A stretch of 44,654 nucleotides of DNA, taken from the IMG/VR virus record IMGVR_UViG_3300045988_143597; one strand, given 5' to 3'. Made by a program: the position numbers and the translations under genes. The first letter of the stretch is position 1, and every line of letters begins with the position of its first letter. Below are positions 24,916 to 32,241 of this stretch, piece after piece. The notes beneath the pieces are model-generated. The model had not been told where the DNA came from. It made no database searches and saw only the letters and a program-made list of their open reading frames with translations. This DNA is from a virus.

Positions 24916-25228
24916 ATGTGGTGTGGGTGGTTGTTTTTAGTCCGGGGTGTGGTTCTGGGGGGTGTTTTGCTCTGTTGTGGTGTTGTTGGTGGCCCCATTG
25001 GATTTCTTTGCGGGTTTTTTGTTGGTGGCAGTTGGTGCAGACGGTTTGGAGGTTGTTTGTGGTGTGTGGGCCGCCTTGGCTGAGGGGTATTTTGTGGTCT
25101 ATTTGGTCTGGGGTGCCGGTGCAGCCGGGGTATTGGAGTTGGCAGGTGTGGTTGTCGCGGGTGTGGATGTGGTGTTTTTGTTGTTTGGTGAGGTGTGGGC
25201 GGTGTGTTTTGGTGTTGTAGCCTGGCAT
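24914..25228 (-). CDS. HNH endonuclease (compositionally re-coded)
   Basis: 104 aa. HIHTRDNHTCQLQYPGCTGTPDQIDHKIPLSQGGPHTTNNLQTVCTNCHQQKTRKE matches the C..C...DH..P...GG...NL...C..CH..K pattern. Confidence 0.75.
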   Translation of the reverse strand: MPGYNTKTHRPHLTKQQKHHIHTRDNHTCQLQYPGCTGTPDQIDHKIPLSQGGPHTTNNLQTVCTNCHQQKTRKEIQWGHQQHHNRAKHPPEPHPGLKTTTHTT

Positions 25229-25436
25229 GTTTTTGGTGGGGTTGTTGGGTGGGTTTATTGGGGTTTTTGTGTTGTTTGGCTATGGTTTGTTTGTTGTTTG
25301 GCTGGGTTTTGTTTGTTTTCTTTGGTGGGTTTTGGTGTGGTTTGTGGGTTGTTGTTTGGTGGGTTGTTGGTGATGTCTTTGAGGGTGTGTTTGGTGGTGG
25401 TTGTTTGGTGTCGGTGGTGGTGTGCTGGTTATGTTG

Positions 25437-25466
25437 CCTGTGCCTGTTCCTGTGCCTGTGCCTGTG
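25437..25466. repeat. hexanucleotide microsatellite (cctgtK)x5
   Basis: cctgtg cctgtt cctgtg cctgtg cctgtg, read directly. Confidence 0.85.
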
Positions 25467-25721
25467 GTGCAGGTTGTTGTGGTGGTGGTGTTGTTGTGGT
25501 GCAGGTTGTTGTGGTGGTGTTGTTTGCCATTGGTGTTTCCTTTGGTGTTGGTGTGGTGTGTGTTTGTAGGGGGTGTGCTGGGTGTGTGGGTGAAGCTCGG
25601 TGGTGTGGGGGTTGTGGTGGTGTGCTGGTTGTGTGGTGGCACTGTTGTGCTGTGGTGTGTGTTTGGTGCGGTGGGGTGCCCCGGTTGTGGGGGTGGGGCG
25701 GTGTTGTGGTGGGGTGCCCCG

Positions 25722-25759
25722 GTGCGTACATACCCCCCGGCGTGCGCATACCCCCCCGG
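25722..25759. repeat. tandem 19-bp repeat within an array of CCCCGG-terminated motifs
   Basis: gtgcgtacataccccccgg / cgtgcgcatacccccccgg. CCCCGG also ends at 25684, 25722 and 25782. Confidence 0.8.
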
Positions 25760-25826
25760 TATGTTTAATGCCCCTCCCCCGGTGTGTTGTGGTGGGGTGG
25801 GGCAATAGATTTACTTACTAAACGCA

Positions 25827-25855
25827 ATTATAGCATGTGTTTGCTCAGTGGTCTA
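25827..25855 (-). promoter_or_regulatory. candidate promoter reading into the C/A-rich region
   Basis: Minus strand: TAGACC (25850-25855), 17-nt spacer, TATAAT (25827-25832). Confidence 0.35.
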
Positions 25856-26420
25856 GTTGATGCTGGTCTGTGAGGTATGCGAGGACGTTGGGGAGTTGGT
25901 AGTAGTTGCGTCGGTTTGTTTTGATGCTGGTGATGTGTCCCCGGTAGGTCCAGTTGTAGAGCTGTTTCGGGGTAACGGTGTAGCCATAGCGCTTCAACTT
26001 GATAAGGATGCTGTGTTGCGTTTCCCACTTGGGTGTTGTTGGGGGTTGGGTGTTGGGGAGTTGGTTGGTGAGTTCTTCGGTAATGGTGGGCAGGTCGGTG
26101 TTTGTGAGGTCTAGTGTTTCGGGGTTGGTGGTGATGGTGAGGGCGTGGTGGTCTAGCCAGTGTAGTAGTGCGGTGGGGTTGGTTTGTGGGGGTTGGGTTG
26201 CGAGGATGTCGGCGAGGGCGTGGGTGAGTTCTGTGAGTTTGATTGTTGTTTCTTGTTCTATGGTGAGCCAGTGGATGTTGGTGGGGGGTTTGGGGCCTGT
26301 TGGGGTGTGGGTGGGGATTTCTGGTGGGGGTGTTTTGGTGGTTTTGAGTTGTTTAAGGGTTGTGTAGTGGGTTCGGAGTTGGTTGGTGTGTTGATAGATG
26401 TGGGTGTAGTTAGTGATCAT
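25845..26420 (-). CDS. DNA-binding protein with C-terminal excisionase/MerR-type HTH (compositionally re-coded)
   Basis: 191 aa. C-terminus YTVTPKQLYNWTYRGHITSIKTNRRNYYQLPNVLAYL fits the HTH_17-like pattern. Thr/Pro/Gln/His/Asn-rich N-terminal part. Confidence 0.65.
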   Translation of the reverse strand: MITNYTHIYQHTNQLRTHYTTLKQLKTTKTPPPEIPTHTPTGPKPPTNIHWLTIEQETTIKLTELTHALADILATQPPQTNPTALLHWLDHHALTITTNPETLDLTNTDLPTITEELTNQLPNTQPPTTPKWETQHSILIKLKRYGYTVTPKQLYNWTYRGHITSIKTNRRNYYQLPNVLAYLTDQHQLDH

Positions 26421-26477
26421 GCCTTTGCCCTGGTTTGTTTTGGTGTGGGGTGTGTTGGCTAGTATGCGCCGATACTC

Positions 26478-26714
26478 TTAGTCTTCATGTTGCCAGGTGG
26501 CCAGGGGGATATCTCTTTCTATCCCGTCGTATGCTGTCGACTGTGCGATACGTGCGGCGAGTTGGAGTTTCGAGGCGACTTCATCAGCTAGTGCAGCGCT
26601 GAGGCGTATTTCCAGCGGCGTATCGCCCCCACTGTGGGTTTGCAAAATAACTGGGTGGGTGTCATCGGCGCGGAGAACGACGCTGATTCCCGCCTCTGTG
26701 AGTTTTTCAAACAT
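26478..26714 (-). CDS. hypothetical protein
   Basis: ATG 26714 (MFEKLTEAGISVVLR...) preceded by AGGAG. 78 aa. The upstream extension in the track ORF is low-complexity. Confidence 0.55.
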   Translation of the reverse strand: MFEKLTEAGISVVLRADDTHPVILQTHSGGDTPLEIRLSAALADEVASKLQLAARIAQSTAYDGIERDIPLATWQHED

Positions 26715-26725
26715 CGTGCTGGCTC

Positions 26726-26890
26726 CTAGTCTGTGTGTAGTTGGATGGTGTTTTTGGTGTGCCGTAGGGCGTCGCACCAGCCGTGCCAGTAGTCTGCGGT
26801 TTGCTGTGGCGGCTGTGCGTATCCTTGTTGGAGCATGTCGGTGATCCACGCCAGCACGGGCGCGGGGTCATACCAGTAGGTGGTGTGCAT
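26726..26890 (-). CDS. hypothetical small protein (54 aa, below the track cutoff)
   Basis: Hand translation: MHTTYWYDPAPVLAWITDMLQQGYAQPPQQTADYWHGWCDALRHTKNTIQLHTD*. AGGAG RBS. Fills the gap after dut. Confidence 0.45.
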   Translation of the reverse strand: MHTTYWYDPAPVLAWITDMLQQGYAQPPQQTADYWHGWCDALRHTKNTIQLHTD

Positions 26891-26894
26891 GGGT

Positions 26895-27314
26895 TTAGGC
26901 TCCTGTTGATCCGTGGCCGTTGTTGCCGCGTTGTGTGTCTTCGAACTCTGTGACGGGCTGCCAATCGACCTCTACAGTGTGGTGGATGATGAGCTGGGCG
27001 ATCCGGTCCCCGCGTTGGATGGTGTAGGGCAGGTGCCCTAGGTTGATGAGATTGACGAAGATTTCACCGGTGTAGCCGGGGTCGATCACGCCGGGGGCGT
27101 TGGTGACGGTGATGCGGTGTTTTGCAGCCAGGCCGCTGCGGGGGCAGACGTAACCAACGGTGTTAGGCGGTAGGCCGATGTGTAGGCCGGTGGGGATTAG
27201 TGCATGTTGGCCGGGGGCTAGTGTTTTAGCTGCTGTGGCTGTGAGGTCGTAGCCCGCGTCCGTGGGGTGAGCTTTCACAGGTGCGGGGCCGGTGTGGTTA
27301 ATAGGGGTGGGCAT
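26895..27314 (-). CDS. dut: dUTP diphosphatase
   Basis: Motifs AGYDL, PRSGLA, GVIDPGYTGEI, RIAQL and C-terminal RGNNGHGSTG. Confidence 0.9.
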   Translation of the reverse strand: MPTPINHTGPAPVKAHPTDAGYDLTATAAKTLAPGQHALIPTGLHIGLPPNTVGYVCPRSGLAAKHRITVTNAPGVIDPGYTGEIFVNLINLGHLPYTIQRGDRIAQLIIHHTVEVDWQPVTEFEDTQRGNNGHGSTGA

Positions 27315-27318
27315 GGAT

Positions 27319-27621
27319 TTAGCTCTCTTCCTTTTGCCGGTGGGTGGTTGCTTTGGCTATGTATTCCGCCATCCAGATAGGCATTTTGATTCTCAATTTG
27401 TACTCGGCTACATGGCTTTGAGGTGCGTCCGTCTTGTTAAAGTCCACCCAGATTTCGAGAACTGCATGTTCGTCGTAAAACTCCAAGTCTGCGTCATACG
27501 ACCCCATGCAGGTGAGGCCGAGGGTTGCGACCTCACCGTAGCCGGGGTAAGGCATGACGCTGTAGTCAAGGCCATAGTGATCTGAAAGGGTACGCAGGTT
27601 ATTGTTTTCTGAAACGTTCAT
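27319..27621 (-). CDS. hypothetical protein
   Basis: 100-aa ORF, tightly packed in the early operon. Confidence 0.6.
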   Translation of the reverse strand: MNVSENNNLRTLSDHYGLDYSVMPYPGYGEVATLGLTCMGSYDADLEFYDEHAVLEIWVDFNKTDAPQSHVAEYKLRIKMPIWMAEYIAKATTHRQKEES

Positions 27622-27623
27622 GG

Positions 27624-27998
27624 TTAGCCTCCTAGTAGTTCGCGCTGCTCGTCGCGGAGTTCAGCGCGGAGGGCCTTAAGCCCTAATAGCTTGTCTGCCC
27701 GTGCTTGTTCGTTGGGGTCGCTTAAGTCATCGATCATCATGTCAATGCGGTCGAGCACCCAGCCTATGGTGCGAGCTTCCACCATTTCAGTGTTTGGCGG
27801 TTGCGGTGTGGACACAGCGAGATCCGCAGCATTGACACCCATTACCCGGCAATTTTCTTTAACGCCCTCCCAGTAGAACCAATCGTGTTCGCCTCGCGCT
27901 GATTCTTTCCCTTTGACAGCGTCGCCCGTGCTGTGCTTAATGATGTCGAGCACATCCCCGTACCGGATCCAAGGGTTAGATGTAGGCGTGCTCACCAC
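27624..27998 (-). CDS. hypothetical protein
   Basis: 124-aa ORF. 7-nt overlap with the upstream gene. Confidence 0.6.
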   Translation of the reverse strand: MVSTPTSNPWIRYGDVLDIIKHSTGDAVKGKESARGEHDWFYWEGVKENCRVMGVNAADLAVSTPQPPNTEMVEARTIGWVLDRIDMMIDDLSDPNEQARADKLLGLKALRAELRDEQRELLGG

Positions 27999-28414
27999 TC
28001 CCCCTCTTCCTTCTCCCCTAGGTTGCAGTAGATTTCATCTATGTAGCTAGCGAAGTCTTTAAGGCAGTCGGCTAGGCTGATGGAGATGTACATGGTGCCG
28101 CTGCTGAAAAACAGCTTGCCATCGTAAGTCCTGACAAAGAGGTACATGTTTTCTTTTCGTGGGCACATGATGGGCAGGGTTTTCATGTACACTCCGCGAT
28201 CGGCGACACTAAGCTCAAAGTAATCGCGCCAGACCTCAAGTTGCGTATCGGTAGCCACAACGCTCACGCTTGTGCCGGGGGCTTCGAATAGGAGTGTGGC
28301 GACATAGTTTTCGTCGATGTATTCGATGTCATAGAAACTACTTGACTCAGAGATCTCGTAGCTAAGTTGGAAGTTTCCAAAATCGACGCGGCTGGGTTGG
28401 AGTCGGTCTTGCAT
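27992..28414 (-). CDS. hypothetical protein
   Basis: 140-aa ORF, 3 nt after the RusA stop. Confidence 0.6.
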   Translation of the reverse strand: MQDRLQPSRVDFGNFQLSYEISESSSFYDIEYIDENYVATLLFEAPGTSVSVVATDTQLEVWRDYFELSVADRGVYMKTLPIMCPRKENMYLFVRTYDGKLFFSSGTMYISISLADCLKDFASYIDEIYCNLGEKEEGEW

Positions 28415-28417
28415 GGT

Positions 28418-28783
28418 TTATTTTCCTTCTGTGATGGTGAGCCAGGTGCGGGCGGGTCGTTCTGGATGTTCAATGATTGGCATGTGCTTAGTCATATATT
28501 GCGGGGTGTCATCTGGCACGAGGCCGTAGTCAACGAGGCCGTCGCAGATTGCTTTCAGGGTGGGGACAAGGTTGTCAGCATCGCGGCGGCGTTTATCGAT
28601 GGGGGCGTAGTGCAGGGTGATGGTGCAGTGTTTCAGGTCGCGGGGTAGGCGGTGGGCTTTTGCTAGCCATGTGGTGGTGGTGCGTATTTCTTTTGTGATT
28701 TCCGCCTTTTTGGCCCAGTGGAGGCGCATGTTTGCTGTTAGGGGTGGGCGGCGGTAGTGCAGGGGAATGTAATAGTTGAGCAT
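28418..28783 (-). CDS. rusA: RusA-like Holliday junction resolvase
   Basis: 121 aa. NMRLHWAKK...RRRDADNLVPTLKAICDGLVDYGLVPDD is typical of the RusA acidic catalytic core. Confidence 0.75.
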   Translation of the reverse strand: MLNYYIPLHYRRPPLTANMRLHWAKKAEITKEIRTTTTWLAKAHRLPRDLKHCTITLHYAPIDKRRRDADNLVPTLKAICDGLVDYGLVPDDTPQYMTKHMPIIEHPERPARTWLTITEGK

Positions 28784-28843
28784 TGAATGTCCTTAAAGGG
28801 GTGGGGCCGGTGCGCCTCTCGGCCAGCGGCCAGGTGGTGGGGG

Positions 28844-31369
28844 TTAAGCTGCGTCGGTTGTTTCGTCCAACAGGTCGAACAGGGACGGGGTTTCGACTTT
28901 TTGCTCTTCTGCCTGTAGGTATGCGACTGCGTCGAGGAAGTAACCGTGGTTGAGTTCCACTCCCCTACCCCTACGGCCCATACGCAAAGCGGTTAGTGGG
29001 ACGGTGCCGATTCCTCCGAAGGGGTCGAATACTAGGTCGCCTTCATTGGAGTAGCGGCGGATTAGACGCTCAACAATGTCGTATTGCAGGGGGCAAATGT
29101 GATTCTGCACATTGCGCTTCGACTGCTCACTGTTGAGGGTGCGCATCCGGTTGATGTCGTGCCACACGTCGTTTTGCCAGCTTCCGGGTGCGAGCGCCAT
29201 AAACGTAGACGGCAATGCACCGCGATAGTCGAGGGTTTCACCAATCTTCACATGGGTCTCGTGGTCGTAGATTTGCTGCAACGACTGCTTTGTGAACATC
29301 TTGCCCAGTTGGTCGTGGGGGAGTTCTGCGAGTTCATCGACGGTGAGGGGCCGGTTACCGGATGAGCGCCAGAATGCGTGCGCGTCGGTTTGCCACCGTG
29401 CGCGACTGTATTCTTCCTTGCTTTTCGTCACGGGTACGTCGGCGTATCCGCGTGAACGGTCTGTTTGTGGTTTATGGAAGATCAGAATATATTCCGGTGA
29501 CCCTACACCCATTTTTGAGCCGTCTTTGCACTGCTCCGACCAGCCTAGGCGGTAGGTTTGGTTATTTTCCCTCACCACATCGGTGGTGACGGTGATCATG
29601 CCCATGTAGTCAAACCCGTGTTTGATGCCGTGTTGGATTGCTTCACTGTGGAAGGGTGAGACGGTGGGGATTCCCGCGCCGGTGGTGTTACCGAAGTTGA
29701 TGCGGTCTTTCACATGGCAGGCGTAGATGCGGCCGGGGTTGAGGATTCGGAGCAGTTGTGGCGTGAGGTAGTCCATCTGTGCCCAAAAATGCTCATTGTT
29801 ATCGGTGTGACCGAAATCGTTGTAATTCGGGGTGTACTCGTAGTGGTTGGCAAAGGGGATGGAAGTCACGATTAGGTCGACGCTGTTGTCTTCCATCGTT
29901 TGTGTTTCTTTCACACAATCGTTGTTTGCGAAGACGAAACGGTTGCCGCTTATTTCGATGCGTTCTACTCCGATGTCTCGCTGGAGCGCTTCAATGATGT
30001 TTTTGGGGTTGAGACCATAGTCTTTGATGATGCCGGTCATGTTGTGGGTCAGCTCCTCATGCATGTGCCATTTTTCTTGCACGGTTTTCACAACGGAGGT
30101 TTCCGTGTTGGCGTAGATCAGGTGGGTGTAGGTGTCGGTTTTTTGACCAAAGCGGTGAATGCGGTGAACTGCTTGGATGATGTCGTTGAATTTGTATGTG
30201 ATCCCTAGGAAGATGGCGGTGTTTGCTTGCTGGAGGTTCATGCCAGACCCGAGCATGATGGGTTTACCGATCAGCGCATAGGTTTCCTTATTTCTCCATT
30301 GCTCTAGGAGTTCTTCTACCTGGTCGGGGGTTTGGCTTCCACGGATTGAGGAGAATGTGAGGCCCGCGTCTTTGAGGTGCTTTTCGATGGCGTCTTGTTC
30401 TGCGTTGAGGTCACACCACAATACGATTTGTTTACCGGGGGATTGTGCCCGGTGCTGGCTGATGAGTTCCATCATTTTGTTGCAGCGGGCGTTAATGCTG
30501 CGGCGTTTTTCTGCTGCTGATTCTTTTAGGCCCATTTGTGTGTCTCGGAAAATGTAGCCTTGCCCATTGCGGTCTGTTTCATCGGTGGTGATGTCAACGT
30601 CCACTTTGTGGAACTCAATGTGGTTAGGTGGCAGGGTGTATTCTGTCGCGTCGTGTCCAAGATCTGCGGGGGATTGAACAAAAGCGGCCCATGTGTTGAG
30701 CCAAAGAAAGAACTCTTTTTCCTTGTGGGGGTAGAGGGTGAGGTTGTTTGCTTTGGTTGAATCTCGTTGGAAGAACCGTGTGAGGGCGTTGCCGGTATCC
30801 ATGATCCCTAAGAATCCGGCGTAGTGAATCAGTTCCTTGTACCGGTTGGGGGATGGGGTGGCGGTGGCCACATACCGGTATGTGACGGTGTCGAAGAGTT
30901 GTAGAAACTCTTGATAAGTTTTTGACCCGTAGGAGCGCAAAACGGATGCTTCATCTAGGGTTACGGCGGTGAACTCGGTGGGGTCGAGTTTGCCGTCTCG
31001 CACGGATTCATAGTTGGTTACGTAGATTCCGTCGCCGTCGAGTTCATCGGTGCGGCGCACAAACCGGGTGTCAACTCCTAGCATGGCGGCGTCGTGCTTG
31101 ATCTCAATACGCACACCGAGGGGGCAGATGATGAGGCCTTTGCCGCCGCCGTGGTGTTTGAGCGTGAGGCGTAGTGTCTCGATCTGCATGACGGATTTTC
31201 CGAGGCCGAATGCTGCAAAGATGGCGCGCCGTCCTCCCGCTACTGCCCATTGAACGATGTCTTTTTGGTGGGGTTTGAGTAGCGGGTTGATCTCGCTTTG
31301 TTGGATCTGGTGGCCATAGTGTTTCTGAAAGTTGACTTTGGCCTGAATAAACTCGTCATAGTTGTTCAT
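28844..31369 (-). CDS. SNF2-family helicase fused to a beta-class N4/N6 DNA methyltransferase
   Basis: ATG 31369 preceded by AGGAG. Helicase motifs AAFGLGKS, LDEAS and QAVHRIHRFGQ. MTase motifs VDLIVTSIPF (IV-like) and LVFDPFGGIGT (I). Confidence 0.8.
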   Translation of the reverse strand: MNNYDEFIQAKVNFQKHYGHQIQQSEINPLLKPHQKDIVQWAVAGGRRAIFAAFGLGKSVMQIETLRLTLKHHGGGKGLIICPLGVRIEIKHDAAMLGVDTRFVRRTDELDGDGIYVTNYESVRDGKLDPTEFTAVTLDEASVLRSYGSKTYQEFLQLFDTVTYRYVATATPSPNRYKELIHYAGFLGIMDTGNALTRFFQRDSTKANNLTLYPHKEKEFFLWLNTWAAFVQSPADLGHDATEYTLPPNHIEFHKVDVDITTDETDRNGQGYIFRDTQMGLKESAAEKRRSINARCNKMMELISQHRAQSPGKQIVLWCDLNAEQDAIEKHLKDAGLTFSSIRGSQTPDQVEELLEQWRNKETYALIGKPIMLGSGMNLQQANTAIFLGITYKFNDIIQAVHRIHRFGQKTDTYTHLIYANTETSVVKTVQEKWHMHEELTHNMTGIIKDYGLNPKNIIEALQRDIGVERIEISGNRFVFANNDCVKETQTMEDNSVDLIVTSIPFANHYEYTPNYNDFGHTDNNEHFWAQMDYLTPQLLRILNPGRIYACHVKDRINFGNTTGAGIPTVSPFHSEAIQHGIKHGFDYMGMITVTTDVVRENNQTYRLGWSEQCKDGSKMGVGSPEYILIFHKPQTDRSRGYADVPVTKSKEEYSRARWQTDAHAFWRSSGNRPLTVDELAELPHDQLGKMFTKQSLQQIYDHETHVKIGETLDYRGALPSTFMALAPGSWQNDVWHDINRMRTLNSEQSKRNVQNHICPLQYDIVERLIRRYSNEGDLVFDPFGGIGTVPLTALRMGRRGRGVELNHGYFLDAVAYLQAEEQKVETPSLFDLLDETTDAA

Positions 31370-31487
31370 GGGGTTAGCTCCTGCGGTCGATGTCACTTTG
31401 GGTTAGGTGGCAGGTAATTCGGGTTGCTCGGCAATATTTTGGTGTTATAATGTTCATTGGTAGTTTCCTTTCTGTGGTTAGAAAGAA

Positions 31488-31517
31488 GCCCCCGGTTGTG
31501 GATGACCGGGGGCTTTT
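31488..31517. terminator. hairpin terminator after ssb
   Basis: GCCCCCGG-N10-CCGGGGGC (8-bp stem), flanked by TTCTTTC on the minus strand and TTTTG on the plus strand. Confidence 0.6.
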
Positions 31518-31530
31518 GCTGTGTATGGGG

Positions 31531-31974
31531 TTAGAACGGTGGCTCGGAGTCGGCTGCTGGCTGGTTTCCTGTGGGGTGCCCTCCCCAGGGGTCTCCCTGC
31601 TGCTGACTGCCGACCGATGCTGCCGTGGTTGCCCCATCGATCGGGAACCGGAGGTTAGGGCCGCAGGCGTAGAGTTTCAGCTCCAAACTGCGGCGTTTCT
31701 CCCCCGTTCTAGTGGTATAGGGCCGGTTTTCGAGGGTGCCGTGGCAGATGACCTCCTGTCCTTTTCGTAGGGTGCCTGCGGAGTTTTCCGCTAGACGATC
31801 CCAGGCGGTGCAGGTGACGTAGGTGGCGTCCCCGTCTGAGTATTCGCCGGTGTTGGGGTCTTGGATTCGTTTGCTGTAGGCAATGTCGAAGCTGGCGACT
31901 TTTTTGCCGGAGGCGGTGAATCGGAGTTCTGGGTCTGCTGTGAGGCGTCCAATGATTGTCACAGTGGGGTGCAT
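31531..31974 (-). CDS. ssb: single-stranded DNA-binding protein
   Basis: OB-fold N-terminus VTIIGRLTADPELRFTASGKKVASF, Gly/Gln-rich linker, acidic tail DSEPPF. Confidence 0.9.
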   Translation of the reverse strand: MHPTVTIIGRLTADPELRFTASGKKVASFDIAYSKRIQDPNTGEYSDGDATYVTCTAWDRLAENSAGTLRKGQEVICHGTLENRPYTTRTGEKRRSLELKLYACGPNLRFPIDGATTAASVGSQQQGDPWGGHPTGNQPAADSEPPF

Positions 31975-32241
31975 GATGGATGTTCTTCTTTCTTAGTTGA
32001 TTTCTCGAAAAAACTATTTGTTTTTTGACGTAACGGGGGTTGGCGGTGGGGTGAAGGTGCCGAAGATTTGTTATCGGATGCTCCAATGTGTTGATTGGCG
32101 ATCACGGCCCCGAGTTGGCCACTGCTTGCTAGCTGGATAGCTCTAAAACGCGCAGAAACGGCGATTTAAGCGACTTTCAGCCCCTCCCCGCTACCCGTGT
32201 AGGGTTCAGCGGTTTTAAAGCGTTAAAACCCCCGTTTTTGG

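Noticed and set aside
24703-25720. Short recurring G/T motifs considered as a possible CRISPR array or diversity-generating retroelement TR/VR pair.
   Set aside because: There is no repeat-spacer periodicity of 28-37 nt units. No reverse transcriptase or cas gene occurs in the genome. The 24-bp repeat pair is identical rather than differing at adenines.
24947-25768. Plus-strand ORFs across the G/T island (273 aa, 170 aa, 135 aa and others) made of Gly/Val/Cys/Trp/Leu/Phe, resembling polytopic membrane proteins.
   Set aside because: They are the automatic translation of a G/T-only strand, where stops need A. They overlap one another in all frames, run antisense to a motif-bearing HNH gene, and have no RBS. 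I treat them as compositional artefacts.
24675-25805. 376-aa minus-strand ORF (Pro/Thr/His/Gln-rich), the longest ORF in the island.
   Set aside because: It overlaps the HNH gene in a different frame and runs through the pure C/A tract. It also crosses a 32-nt (non-triplet) tandem duplication. It has no start context. It is open only because the C/A-rich sequence lacks stop codons.
26707-26964. 85-aa basic ORF overlapping the dut 3' end.
   Set aside because: It overlaps dUTPase by 70 nt out of frame and is Arg/Thr/Pro-rich low complexity. The 54-aa ORF at 26726-26890, which has an RBS, explains the gap better.
31374-31637. 87-aa minus ORF spanning the ssb 3' end and the intergenic terminator.
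   Set aside because: It is out of frame with ssb over its conserved tail and runs through the terminator hairpin. It has no RBS.
32125-32149. Minus strand reads GTTTTAGAGCTA-TCCAGC-TAGCAAG. This matches the first 12 nt of the S. pyogenes-type II-A CRISPR repeat plus the first 7 nt of its anti-repeat, which might suggest a repeat-mimic anti-CRISPR RNA.
   Set aside because: Only 12+7 nt match, and the rest of the repeat/anti-repeat (TTAAAAT...) is absent. The phage looks actinobacterial, where such repeats are not expected. A match chosen post hoc from memory is likely chance. It would be worth revisiting only if the host carries a similar repeat.
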